From contig JBGSSB010000079.1 of assembly GCA_041737255.1 (NCBI GenBank), positions 1 through 55,637 of the forward strand: a stretch of DNA of 55,637 bases, written 5' to 3'. This stretch comes from Chlamydiales bacterium. Its GTDB lineage: Bacteria > Chlamydiota > Chlamydiia > Chlamydiales > FEN-1388. The translations under genes were made by a program, and so were the position numbers. Of the stretch, positions 28,122 through 35,983 are shown in pieces; position 1 is the stretch's first letter; the number at the start of each line of letters is the position of its first letter. Below the pieces are notes generated by a model. It saw only the letters and a program-made list of their open reading frames with translations. It ran no database searches and was not told where the DNA came from.

Positions 28122-28421
28122 TTAGCCCTTCATGTTTCTTGCAATACTGTTTACGGACGTATTCATGGCTGAAATAATCGAAGTTGACATCTCTGAAAAC
28201 TGCGATAGTTTGTTCATAGCCATTTGTAGGTCAAACATATCAGCAATGCTCATCGCGCTCTTTTTAGAACGGATGATAGCAATTTTAGACTTAGCTACAG
28301 CAGTTAAGTCGTTGATTGTATTAACCAAAACACTAAATTGCAAGCCTAGCTGAGGGTTAGCTAACCAACCACCAGAAGTTACGTTAATACTTGCCCATGG
28401 ATCGGTGAACGGGGTTGTCAT
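28122..28421 (-). CDS. sctF: T3SS needle filament protein SctF (CdsF)
   Basis: About 99 aa from the ATG at 28421 (GGAGG RBS at rc 28425-28431). It is a small helix-turn-helix protein whose C-terminal half (FDLQMAMNKLSQFSEMSTSIISAMNTSVNSIARNM) is typical of the needle family. Confidence 0.8.
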   Translation of the reverse strand: MTTPFTDPWASINVTSGGWLANPQLGLQFSVLVNTINDLTAVAKSKIAIIRSKKSAMSIADMFDLQMAMNKLSQFSEMSTSIISAMNTSVNSIARNMKG

Positions 28422-28528
28422 TAGAACCTCCAATATTATTTAAGAAGTTTTACTAATAATCTGCTAGATAGCCTACATGACATCTAGCTACTCTAAAGCG
28501 ATTATCTGCCGCTTTAGTGGCAAGGATT

Positions 28529-28783
28529 CTATTTTCGGACAGAGCCTTGTTGAGAAGCTCGTCCCAATACTACCGCTAAGGCGTGATAGCCATTTAGCAG
28601 AATCCCTAGGTAGTCATACTCTTCTTTTTTGCTGCCTTTGCGCAAGAATTCTTTAATCCTGCTTACTCGTTCTTCAATGCGCTTGGCGTATTCTTTTTGC
28701 TTATCTGAGTCTTTGAGTTCTAGTTCTAAGTCAAAGAGAAAAGGAGCTTCTCCTTTTTTCTTTTGCTTTTCCATTCCAAACAT
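28529..28783 (-). CDS. cdsE: Small needle-subunit co-chaperone (CdsE/YscE-like)
   Basis: 84 aa, charged and helical. AGGAG RBS upstream. Its position between sctD and sctF matches CT665. Confidence 0.6.
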   Translation of the reverse strand: MFGMEKQKKKGEAPFLFDLELELKDSDKQKEYAKRIEERVSRIKEFLRKGSKKEEYDYLGILLNGYHALAVVLGRASQQGSVRK

Positions 28784-28847
28784 AAGTCAACTCCTGTTTG
28801 AGGGCATCTCTGACCTCTTTTTCTCTCTACTTTTATTGTACACCCAT

Positions 28848-30338
28848 TTATCTATTAAAATCAATCCTATAACGTATTCCGTCTTTTTCTAGGAAGACTG
28901 AGTTGCTTTGGATATCAGTAATAGTCATGCCGTCAATGCTGTCGCCCTTTGTCAATATTTTGCCATTTATGACAATATTAACGTTGCTTCCCTGCTGCGA
29001 GTAGCCAGAAATTTGGTAGCGATCAGTAATGTTTACAAGCGTTTGTTCCGGCGCTACTTCGTTTACAAGTGATTGTACGCCTCGGATGCCAGGCAGGGAC
29101 TTGATCTCTTCAAGGGCGCCGTTAAACTGCGGCAGAGTGCCATTTGAGATGCTGCCTGATATTGTAAGGTTGCCGTTATTAAGTGAAACCTGGAGGTTTC
29201 TAAAGCCAGCTTCGTTAAGGGTTTGCTGAATTTTGGTGCGAAGGTCCTCTTCTACAATAACTTTTTTCTCTAAAAGATCAACGTACTGAAAGTTTTGTGA
29301 GACATAGTCGTAGAGGTCTTCTGCCTGTTTTCTTGATTTTAAAAACCCTGAAAGTACAAATTTGCCTGCAACAGGAGATGTAATGGATACACTGCGCCAT
29401 GCTGGGTTTTTAGAAATCACTTGGTTGATTTCTCTCCAAACAAGTTCGTCTATAACTACATTTGTTGCATCAAGTTGTGTAATGAATTTAAGGTCTTGCA
29501 TCATTTCAAGAATTTTGTTGCGATCAACAGGGGTAAGCACGTGACCTATAAGTAGTAGTCTTCCTGTAGTCGGATTAAAGCTGTAGCGTATGCTTGGGTA
29601 GTCTTTAAGTGCTTTAGAGATAATTGTATCGGCGTTAGCTGTACGCTCTTTTGGTACTTCTTGGGTCTTAAAAAGAAACGTCGTTCCTACCCCTACAATA
29701 ACAAGTAGGCCAGTAATTGAAGCTAAGACAACTAAAGCTGAAATGGCATGTGAGATACGCGCTTCTTTGCGCTCTTCATCTTTTATGCGTTCAACCTCTG
29801 ATTGCATAGGGGCAAGTACGGCTTCTTGTATGGCGCCTAGTTCTTCACCTGGAGTTTTTGTTGGTACTTCTTCGTGATTTATTTCTTCTTTTTTCTCGGT
29901 AGGAGCTGCTGTGAGTATAGGGGAGACTATAGTTTGTCTTTCGCCTTCTCTATCCACAAGCATAAAAGTTGTAGTGCCCATGGAGACAAGAGCATTTGTG
30001 GTAATTGCTTTTTTGTCTGTAAGTTTTTCGCCGTCGATAAATGTGCCATTGCGAGAATTGAGATCTTCAACTACAACATTATCTTGTGCGTCAATGCTTA
30101 CGCGGGCATGTTGTCTTGATACGCTGAGGTCTTGAAATACGATGTCGCAGCTTGCAGCGTCTGTTCCAACAAGATAGCTTGTGCCATTTTGCATAGAAAA
30201 TTCAGCGCCGGTGTTTGGCCCTGAGAGCACCTTGAGGAACCATCTTCCGGTGGTGTCAAGTAGGTCAAAGTCTACGTGCGCAGTTTCTGGCTTGTCGCTT
30301 TCTTCTTCGTCAAAAAGTGTATCGTGTCGATCGTCCAT
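28848..30338 (-). CDS. sctD: T3SS inner-membrane ring protein SctD (CdsD) with an N-terminal FHA domain
   Basis: 496 aa. FHA motif (YLVGTDAASCDIVFQDLSVSRQHARV...LNSRNGTFIDGEKL), a single TM segment (ISALVVLASITGLLVIVGVGTTFLF) and a periplasmic YscD-like repeat region. Confidence 0.85.
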   Translation of the reverse strand: MDDRHDTLFDEEESDKPETAHVDFDLLDTTGRWFLKVLSGPNTGAEFSMQNGTSYLVGTDAASCDIVFQDLSVSRQHARVSIDAQDNVVVEDLNSRNGTFIDGEKLTDKKAITTNALVSMGTTTFMLVDREGERQTIVSPILTAAPTEKKEEINHEEVPTKTPGEELGAIQEAVLAPMQSEVERIKDEERKEARISHAISALVVLASITGLLVIVGVGTTFLFKTQEVPKERTANADTIISKALKDYPSIRYSFNPTTGRLLLIGHVLTPVDRNKILEMMQDLKFITQLDATNVVIDELVWREINQVISKNPAWRSVSITSPVAGKFVLSGFLKSRKQAEDLYDYVSQNFQYVDLLEKKVIVEEDLRTKIQQTLNEAGFRNLQVSLNNGNLTISGSISNGTLPQFNGALEEIKSLPGIRGVQSLVNEVAPEQTLVNITDRYQISGYSQQGSNVNIVINGKILTKGDSIDGMTITDIQSNSVFLEKDGIRYRIDFNR

Positions 30339-30680
30339 CAGTAGGCTCTCTGGCTAGATTATTACGTGAGCTACATGCAAAACTCATGGCTCTTATCCTC
30401 TTTATCTCATGCGTAAGAGTATTTGGCAAATCATTTTTTTGTAATTTGTGTAAATGAGCCACTCTCAGCCTGGCTCTCGGAGGTGCAACTCATTGCAGTT
30501 TTTGCCTCATCGAGAGTGATTAGTGTAGCATGATTCAACACAACGCCTCAAACCTTTAAAATGAGAAAAGAAGTTGAATGGAGGTGATAAATAATTATCC
30601 ATACAGTCAAGCTCAATACCGTTTTATTAAAGCGGCCTTGTATAAACGAATCTGAGACCACATGTATGTGTATGAACAAC

Positions 30681-30834
30681 ACGATTCAATCACGTTCTAA
30701 TGACCAAATTGAAATAAACATATGTGAATTGAATCGTCCTCAGCCGGACTCTCATTTATTTTCTCACCTTCCCACAGCTCCCTGGGGGTCGCTAGTGGGC
30801 TATAGTAAGTCGCCCTGAATGGCTCTAAAATAAC
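30681..30834. repeat. Third copy of the ~115-nt repeat unit seen at 17256-17507, with its tip hairpin
   Basis: 30719-30834 aligns by eye at roughly three-quarters identity with 17393-17507, and its reverse complement aligns with 17261-17369. Shared blocks are TTGAATCGTCCTCAG, CTTCCCA.AGCT, GGGCTA..ATAAGT and GCTCTAAAA. The tip stem is 30681-30694 / 30723-30737. Confidence 0.75.
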
Positions 30835-31021
30835 TCTCCAAGAATGAGAGATTGTCGAAAATGTTGATCCGGGGAAAAAAACGTGCCGGCGAGGCTAGAA
30901 AGATTTATGCATTGGACTAACTACGACCATGGGAAGCGGTGGAAATTGCTCAAATCTTTTTCGAGAAAATTGAACTTCGAGTTAGAATGCAGTTACAAAA
31001 ATTAAAAAGTGAAGTTGGCGT

Positions 31022-31423
31022 ATGTCTCACAGTGCAGTAGAGATTTATCTTCATGTAATTTTTTCAACAAAAGGTCGGCTTCCACTCATTTCAGAAAATC
31101 TTGAAAATAGGCTATATGCATGCCTTGGGGTCATATCTAAAGAAAACAAATGTCCCATCCTTAAAATAAATGGGACACATGATCATCTTCATCTTTTAGT
31201 AAAACTTCATTCCACAGTAGCTATTAGCGTCTTAATAAAAGAATTAAAATCTCATAGCTCAGGTTGGCTGAAAAAACAGGGCGTTGATGATTTCTCTTGG
31301 CAAGAGGGATATGGCGCATTTTCTTGTTCTGTAACACACTTAGATCCCCTTAAAAAATATATAGATAACCAGAAAGAGCATCACAAAACTAACACCCTAG
31401 CCCTAGTTTACAAGTTAGCGTAA
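31022..31423 (+). CDS. IS200-like Y1 (HUH) transposase, RAYT-like; C-terminus probably replaced
   Basis: 133 aa with HUH motif THDHLHLLV and catalytic-Tyr region WQEGYGAFS. Family members I recall continue for another ~35-40 aa after the HH(K/R)K motif. Here the ORF diverges after HHKT, inside an inverted-repeat arm. Confidence 0.75.
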   Translation: MSHSAVEIYLHVIFSTKGRLPLISENLENRLYACLGVISKENKCPILKINGTHDHLHLLVKLHSTVAISVLIKELKSHSSGWLKKQGVDDFSWQEGYGAFSCSVTHLDPLKKYIDNQKEHHKTNTLALVYKLA

Positions 31424-31734
31424 TAAAAATTTCTTAAAGCAGTCGAGAGATGGTCCTGGAGGCATTTTCAACATGCCCTAACTCAACAAAACTAGACTTT
31501 TATTGTTTTAAGATTAATTGCATTCAAAATAAATACAAAACAATTGCCTCGACTTCCTAATTATTCTCTCAAAAGTTAGTTTGCGTTGGTTGTTAAAATG
31601 AAACATGTAAAATTATGAAATGTTGATTTTAATTTAGCGTTATTTGAATTAGGGCATACCGGAAATGCCCCCAAGATGGTTCTACGACAGGCTTAATGAA
31701 TTTTTATTATGCTAACTTGTAAACTGGGGCTAGG
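31396..31734. mobile_element. ~340-bp inverted-repeat (MITE-like) element abutting and overlapping the transposase 3' end
   Basis: The core arms 31396-31432 and 31698-31734 are reverse complements at 34/37. Weaker complementarity extends to about 31480 / 31650. The centre is AT-rich and non-coding. Confidence 0.55.
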
Positions 31735-31764
31735 TCGGCCCCCACATACTTGATAAAATAAAAT

Positions 31765-31844
31765 GGGACTGTAATCCAGTTTTTAAGCTCAAAAAAATAG
31801 GATTGCAATCCCATTTTCATTGTGATATTATAGGGTTGTAATCC
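31765..31844. promoter_or_regulatory. Three phased palindromic boxes (GGNTTGYAATCC) upstream of the AAA ATPase gene
   Basis: GGGACTGTAATCC (31765-31777), GGATTGCAATCC (31800-31811, a perfect palindrome) and GGGTTGTAATCC (31833-31844). Centre-to-centre spacing is ~33-34 bp, and the last box ends 20 nt before the ATG. Confidence 0.5.
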
Positions 31845-31863
31845 TAAAATAGAGGTAAGTGCC

Positions 31864-33096
31864 ATGCTAGAGGAACTTAGAAAGCTAAGTCAGAATTTCT
31901 TAAAACTAAAGAATTCCCTCTATCGACGCTATTTTATTCAGACTACCCCCTTCAAACACCGTCTTTCTTTACTTTTAGGGCAAAGAGGCGTTGGAAAAAC
32001 TACAACATTAGTTCAATTTTTGTTAGATCAAGTTGGGCAGAACTTGTATGACCCCGCAATTCTCTATATTCAGGCCGATCACTTTCTTGTGGGAAGCTCT
32101 TCCCTTTATGAAATTGCCGATGAGTTTTACTCTATGGGAGGAAAGTTTTTGGCATTTGATGAAATTCACAAATATCCTAATTGGTCGCAGGAATTAAAAA
32201 GTATCTATGACACATTCCCAAAGCTTACAGTTGTGGCCTCTGGCAGCTCAGCCTTGCAGGTACATAAGGGAAGTCATGATCTTGCAAGGCGGGCCATTAA
32301 GTACAGTATGGTTGGCCTTTCTTTTCGTGAGTTTTTGGAACTTGATGCACATCTTACCTTTAAGCCATATGCACTTTTGGATATTTTGGAAAATCACCAA
32401 AGGCGAGCCTGTGAGATTATTGAAGCGCTAGAAGCAAAAAATCTCAAAATTCTTCCTCTATTTCAGAGATATTTACGCTGTGGATACTACCCCTATTTCT
32501 TTGAGCTTCCAAATGAGGAGCTTTACTACATAACCCTGGAGCAGAATCTTCATAGCACTATTGAAGGCGATCTTGCAGCTATTTATCCGCACCTCAATAA
32601 CTCTAGCATTAACAAACTCAAACAGCTTTTGGTATTTATAGCCAAATCAGTTCCCTTCACCCCAAAATGGAATGATATTAAGAATGCATTAGAAATTGGA
32701 GATGTGCGCACGCTGAAAACCTACTTCCAGTATCTTGAGGATGCCTCGTTGATACGGACAGTAGGAAAAACAAGCCGTAAGCTGAGCCATATCGGTAACC
32801 CAGAAAAAATCTATCTAGATAATCCTAATCAGATGCGTGCATTAGCAATTGGAGAGCATAGTGCCGGCACTGAACGAGAACTGTTTTTTCTGGACCAAGT
32901 TTCATTGGCTCATGATATAGCACTTCCGGCAAAGGGCGATTTTCTTGTTGATGACCGCCTGCTTTTTGAGGTTGGAGGGCGCAAAAAATCGTTTGATCAA
33001 ATAGCGGACGAAAAATATGCTTTTTTAGCTCTAGACAATATGGAAAGCGGTATTGGAGCGAAAATCCCCCTCTGGTTATTTGGTTTTCTTTACTAA
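31864..33096 (+). CDS. AAA-family ATPase (AAA_14 + DUF4143-type architecture)
   Basis: 410 aa with P-loop GQRGVGKTT and Walker B LAFDEIHKY. The long C-terminal region is of the kind found in COG1373/DUF4143 proteins. Confidence 0.75.
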   Translation: MLEELRKLSQNFLKLKNSLYRRYFIQTTPFKHRLSLLLGQRGVGKTTTLVQFLLDQVGQNLYDPAILYIQADHFLVGSSSLYEIADEFYSMGGKFLAFDEIHKYPNWSQELKSIYDTFPKLTVVASGSSALQVHKGSHDLARRAIKYSMVGLSFREFLELDAHLTFKPYALLDILENHQRRACEIIEALEAKNLKILPLFQRYLRCGYYPYFFELPNEELYYITLEQNLHSTIEGDLAAIYPHLNNSSINKLKQLLVFIAKSVPFTPKWNDIKNALEIGDVRTLKTYFQYLEDASLIRTVGKTSRKLSHIGNPEKIYLDNPNQMRALAIGEHSAGTERELFFLDQVSLAHDIALPAKGDFLVDDRLLFEVGGRKKSFDQIADEKYAFLALDNMESGIGAKIPLWLFGFLY

Positions 33097-33139
33097 GGCG
33101 AAGGATATGAAGTTCAAGCGATTTGAATAATAAAGCAAC

Positions 33140-33200
33140 GTAAAAGGGGCCGTGTAAAAGGGGCCGTAAAAGGGGCCCACGGCCCCTTTTAGCCCCTTTT
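33140..33200. terminator. Tandem GTAAAAGGGGCC x3 merging into a GC-rich hairpin (bidirectional terminator between the ATPase gene and nadE)
   Basis: The 12-mer occurs at 33140-33151, 33154-33165 and 33166-33177. AAAAGGGGCC-CAC-GGCCCCTTTT forms a hairpin at 33168-33190, with a further AGCCCCTTTT at 33191-33200. Confidence 0.7.
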
Positions 33201-33352
33201 ATTGCAGAAAAATTACATTTCGAAAAATGGCTTAAATCAACACCCTAGGCCGGCCCCAATGGTGCTTAATACACATAGTTTTCAACTCTCATTTACATCC
33301 TGCGCATCTTATTCTTTTTTTTGTAACAAATACTGTTAAAACATGCCTTAAA

Positions 33353-34987
33353 TCAAAATATACGGCTCACAATAGGAACCTTGCGCCCCAGAGAAAAGGC
33401 TTTTTCAGAAACGCGCAAGCCAAAGGGTAGCTGGCGTCTTTTATATTCATTTTGGTGAATTTTTTTACACACGCCTAACACAAGCTCAAGATCAATCCCC
33501 TGCTCGCTGGCTATTTCTTCGGGTGTATGCCTCTTTACTATAAAGGCATCAACTATTGCGTCGAGGATGGGATATTCCGGAAGCGTGTCGCTATCTTTTT
33601 GATTAAAGCGAAGCTCTGCTGTTGGAGGCCTTGTTAAAACTCGCTCTGGGATTGCTTTATAGCGCTGATTGATGTAGCCGGCAACTTCAAAAACCTGGCG
33701 CTTCAACAGATCACCTAGCACACCTATTGCCCCCACAGAGTCCCCATACAGGGTTGTATAGCCCATGGCAACTTCACTTTTGTTGCCCGTATTCAAAACG
33801 ATGTGGCCCTTTTTATTAGAGAGTGCCATTAAAAGCACTCCGCGGATGCGCGACTGTAAATTTTCTTCCGTTACACCAAAGTCCTCAGACTCTGGGGCTG
33901 CATCAAGTGTCTCTAAAAAGGCATTAAGTGCTGGCTCAATAGAAAGCTCTTGAATCTCGATGCCTAGGTTTTTTGCTATCTGGTAGGCATCTGTGCGGCT
34001 ATCTTGACTAGTAAAGCGCGAGGGCAAAAAGAGTGCCAGCACATTTTTCTGGCCCAGGGCCTCTTTAGCCACTGCCGCTACCACGCACGAGTCAATGCCG
34101 CCTGATAGTCCGAGACAAGCCTTTGTAAAGCCTTGCTTATGAAAATAGTCTCTAACACCCATTGTAAGGGCTAAAAAGAGCTCTTGACCTCTTTCAAAAC
34201 GAGGGGGCTGAATAGCCTGTGCATTTTCTGTGTCATAAAGCACTGCGTCAGCTGCAAAGCTTTTGGCCTGCAAAAAAAGTTGACCATTTGAAGAAACAAC
34301 AAAACTTGAGCCATCAAAGAGCAGGCCATCTTGTGCGCCAACTTGGTTTACAAGCGCGACAGTACAATCCAATCTTTTTGCCACCTTTTTGGCAACTTCA
34401 AGGCGGTTGTTGATTTTACCAAAGCTATAGGGTGATGCAGAAATATTAACGAGCAGATCTACTTTGTTTTTTTCAAAATACTCAAGCGGGTCATCTCTGT
34501 AGCGCCCCTGCAAAAAGGAATCAAATGCCGGCCAAATATCTTCACAAATGGTGATGCCAATTTTTTTGCCACATAGCTCCCATACAATCTCAGATTTTGC
34601 CGGCTCAAAATAACGCCACTCATCAAAAACATCATACGTTGGCAGAAGACACTTATCTTGAAATCCAATTATTTGCCCATCAAATATAACACAAGCCGAG
34701 TTACAAAGGGGCTTGCCCGGAAGTTGTCCATTTTCTCGCACCGTTCCCACTATAGCCACGATGCCGTTGCAATGAGATGCTATGGTGGCTAAGGATGCTT
34801 CTATGTTCTGAACAAAGTGTTTATCTAATAAAAGATCTTCCGGATTATAGCCACATACAGCAAGCTCAGCAAAAACCACGAGATCACAGCCACTGGTTTT
34901 TGCCTCATCAATCCCCTGCAGAATCATTTTTGTGTTATGGGCAAAGTCCCCAAGTATTGGATTACACTGCGCAATATAAAGCCGCAT
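33353..34987 (-). CDS. nadE: Glutamine-dependent NAD+ synthetase
   Basis: 544 aa with an N-terminal CN-hydrolase domain and a C-terminal NAD synthetase domain carrying the PP-loop GLSGGIDS. Confidence 0.93.
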   Translation of the reverse strand: MRLYIAQCNPILGDFAHNTKMILQGIDEAKTSGCDLVVFAELAVCGYNPEDLLLDKHFVQNIEASLATIASHCNGIVAIVGTVRENGQLPGKPLCNSACVIFDGQIIGFQDKCLLPTYDVFDEWRYFEPAKSEIVWELCGKKIGITICEDIWPAFDSFLQGRYRDDPLEYFEKNKVDLLVNISASPYSFGKINNRLEVAKKVAKRLDCTVALVNQVGAQDGLLFDGSSFVVSSNGQLFLQAKSFAADAVLYDTENAQAIQPPRFERGQELFLALTMGVRDYFHKQGFTKACLGLSGGIDSCVVAAVAKEALGQKNVLALFLPSRFTSQDSRTDAYQIAKNLGIEIQELSIEPALNAFLETLDAAPESEDFGVTEENLQSRIRGVLLMALSNKKGHIVLNTGNKSEVAMGYTTLYGDSVGAIGVLGDLLKRQVFEVAGYINQRYKAIPERVLTRPPTAELRFNQKDSDTLPEYPILDAIVDAFIVKRHTPEEIASEQGIDLELVLGVCKKIHQNEYKRRQLPFGLRVSEKAFSLGRKVPIVSRIF

Positions 34988-35908
34988 TTACAGTCTATCT
35001 CCCCAGTCTGCTTTTTTTACCTGTTGATAACGCTCTTTGGTTTTTTTAGATACGATAGTCTCATTTATGCTGCCATCGGGCATGCAAAGCTTGAGATGCG
35101 CATGACCTGAGCGTTTTAGAGGTTGTGTCAAAATTCGTTCATAATCGCGATCTCGCATTAAATCTTTACTTGCTATGAGGTAGCAAAATTTTTCATCCTC
35201 ATAGCCAAGTTCGGCACCTTTCAGCTGGCGATGCAATCTGCTTCTTGAAAGACGCACCGAAAAATGGCACCAGTCAGGCCCTACAATAGGACAAGGTTTG
35301 TTATGTGAGCAGGGAGCAAGCACAGTAAACTTCTGTTCGATAAGATACTCCCTTGCTTTCATAAGGGTATTGTAGCCATGAGGTGTGCCTGTATCTAACA
35401 ATAGAATGGTTGATGAGGTGCGCTGGACCATTCCCTCTATCATCTGATCTCGATCTTCCTCATTAAGCTCTGAGAGCATATAGGATGAACAGACAAGATC
35501 AAACGTGCCAGCTTTTGGAAGCTCACGATGCCAGGCACATTTTGAAAGAGATTCCGAAAGGAATTTCTTTGCAAAATCAATAAAAGCTGGGTCATGCTCT
35601 ACCATAGTAATAGCTTCGGGAGCACTACAGTACTCCAAAAGTGCCAATACACAAGTAGCTGGGCCAGAGCCTACATCTAGAACGCTCTTTGGCTCAAAAG
35701 ATGGTGTAACTTCTTTTAGCCTTTTAACCACTTCGCAGCAGGCAGCATAGGTCGCCGGCATGCGGCAGGCAAGGTATGCAAGATTTTCTTGATCACTTTG
35801 CAACGTCTTGTCTTGCTGGGTACGATATCGGTTTGACAGGGCGGCATAATGACTTTTTAAACTTACGTGCTGCGTAAGCTCTTCGATTTGTAAAAAAATA
35901 TTATTCAT
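34988..35908 (-). CDS. SAM-dependent methyltransferase, Rsm22-like
   Basis: SAM motif VLDVGSGPATCVLAL and a C-terminal Cys cluster (CSHNKPCP...WCHF). Its stop abuts the nadE start. I prefer the ATG at 35908 (MNNIFLQ) because the track start at 36010 overlaps the divergent htpG. Confidence 0.7.
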   Translation of the reverse strand: MNNIFLQIEELTQHVSLKSHYAALSNRYRTQQDKTLQSDQENLAYLACRMPATYAACCEVVKRLKEVTPSFEPKSVLDVGSGPATCVLALLEYCSAPEAITMVEHDPAFIDFAKKFLSESLSKCAWHRELPKAGTFDLVCSSYMLSELNEEDRDQMIEGMVQRTSSTILLLDTGTPHGYNTLMKAREYLIEQKFTVLAPCSHNKPCPIVGPDWCHFSVRLSRSRLHRQLKGAELGYEDEKFCYLIASKDLMRDRDYERILTQPLKRSGHAHLKLCMPDGSINETIVSKKTKERYQQVKKADWGDRL

Positions 35909-35983
35909 GAAAAGGTATTGACTTCGATGGGGTTGTATTGGATAATTTACGGTTTTTAACCTCAAACCATTATATGACAAATT

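Noticed and set aside
33140-33177. Possible CRISPR-like array from the tandem 12-mers
   Set aside because: The units are contiguous with no spacers and only 12 nt long, and no cas genes are present. This is a simple tandem repeat or terminator.
31730-33257. 13-nt near-identical direct repeats (CTAGGTCGGCCCC at 31730-31742, CTAGGCCGGCCCC at 33245-33257) flanking the ATPase cassette; also GCTTAAATCAA near 33229 versus GCCTTAAATCAA near 33343
   Set aside because: 12/13 matches are expected many times by chance in 55 kb, and the left copy partly belongs to the MITE-like arm. This is not enough to call att sites or target-site duplications.
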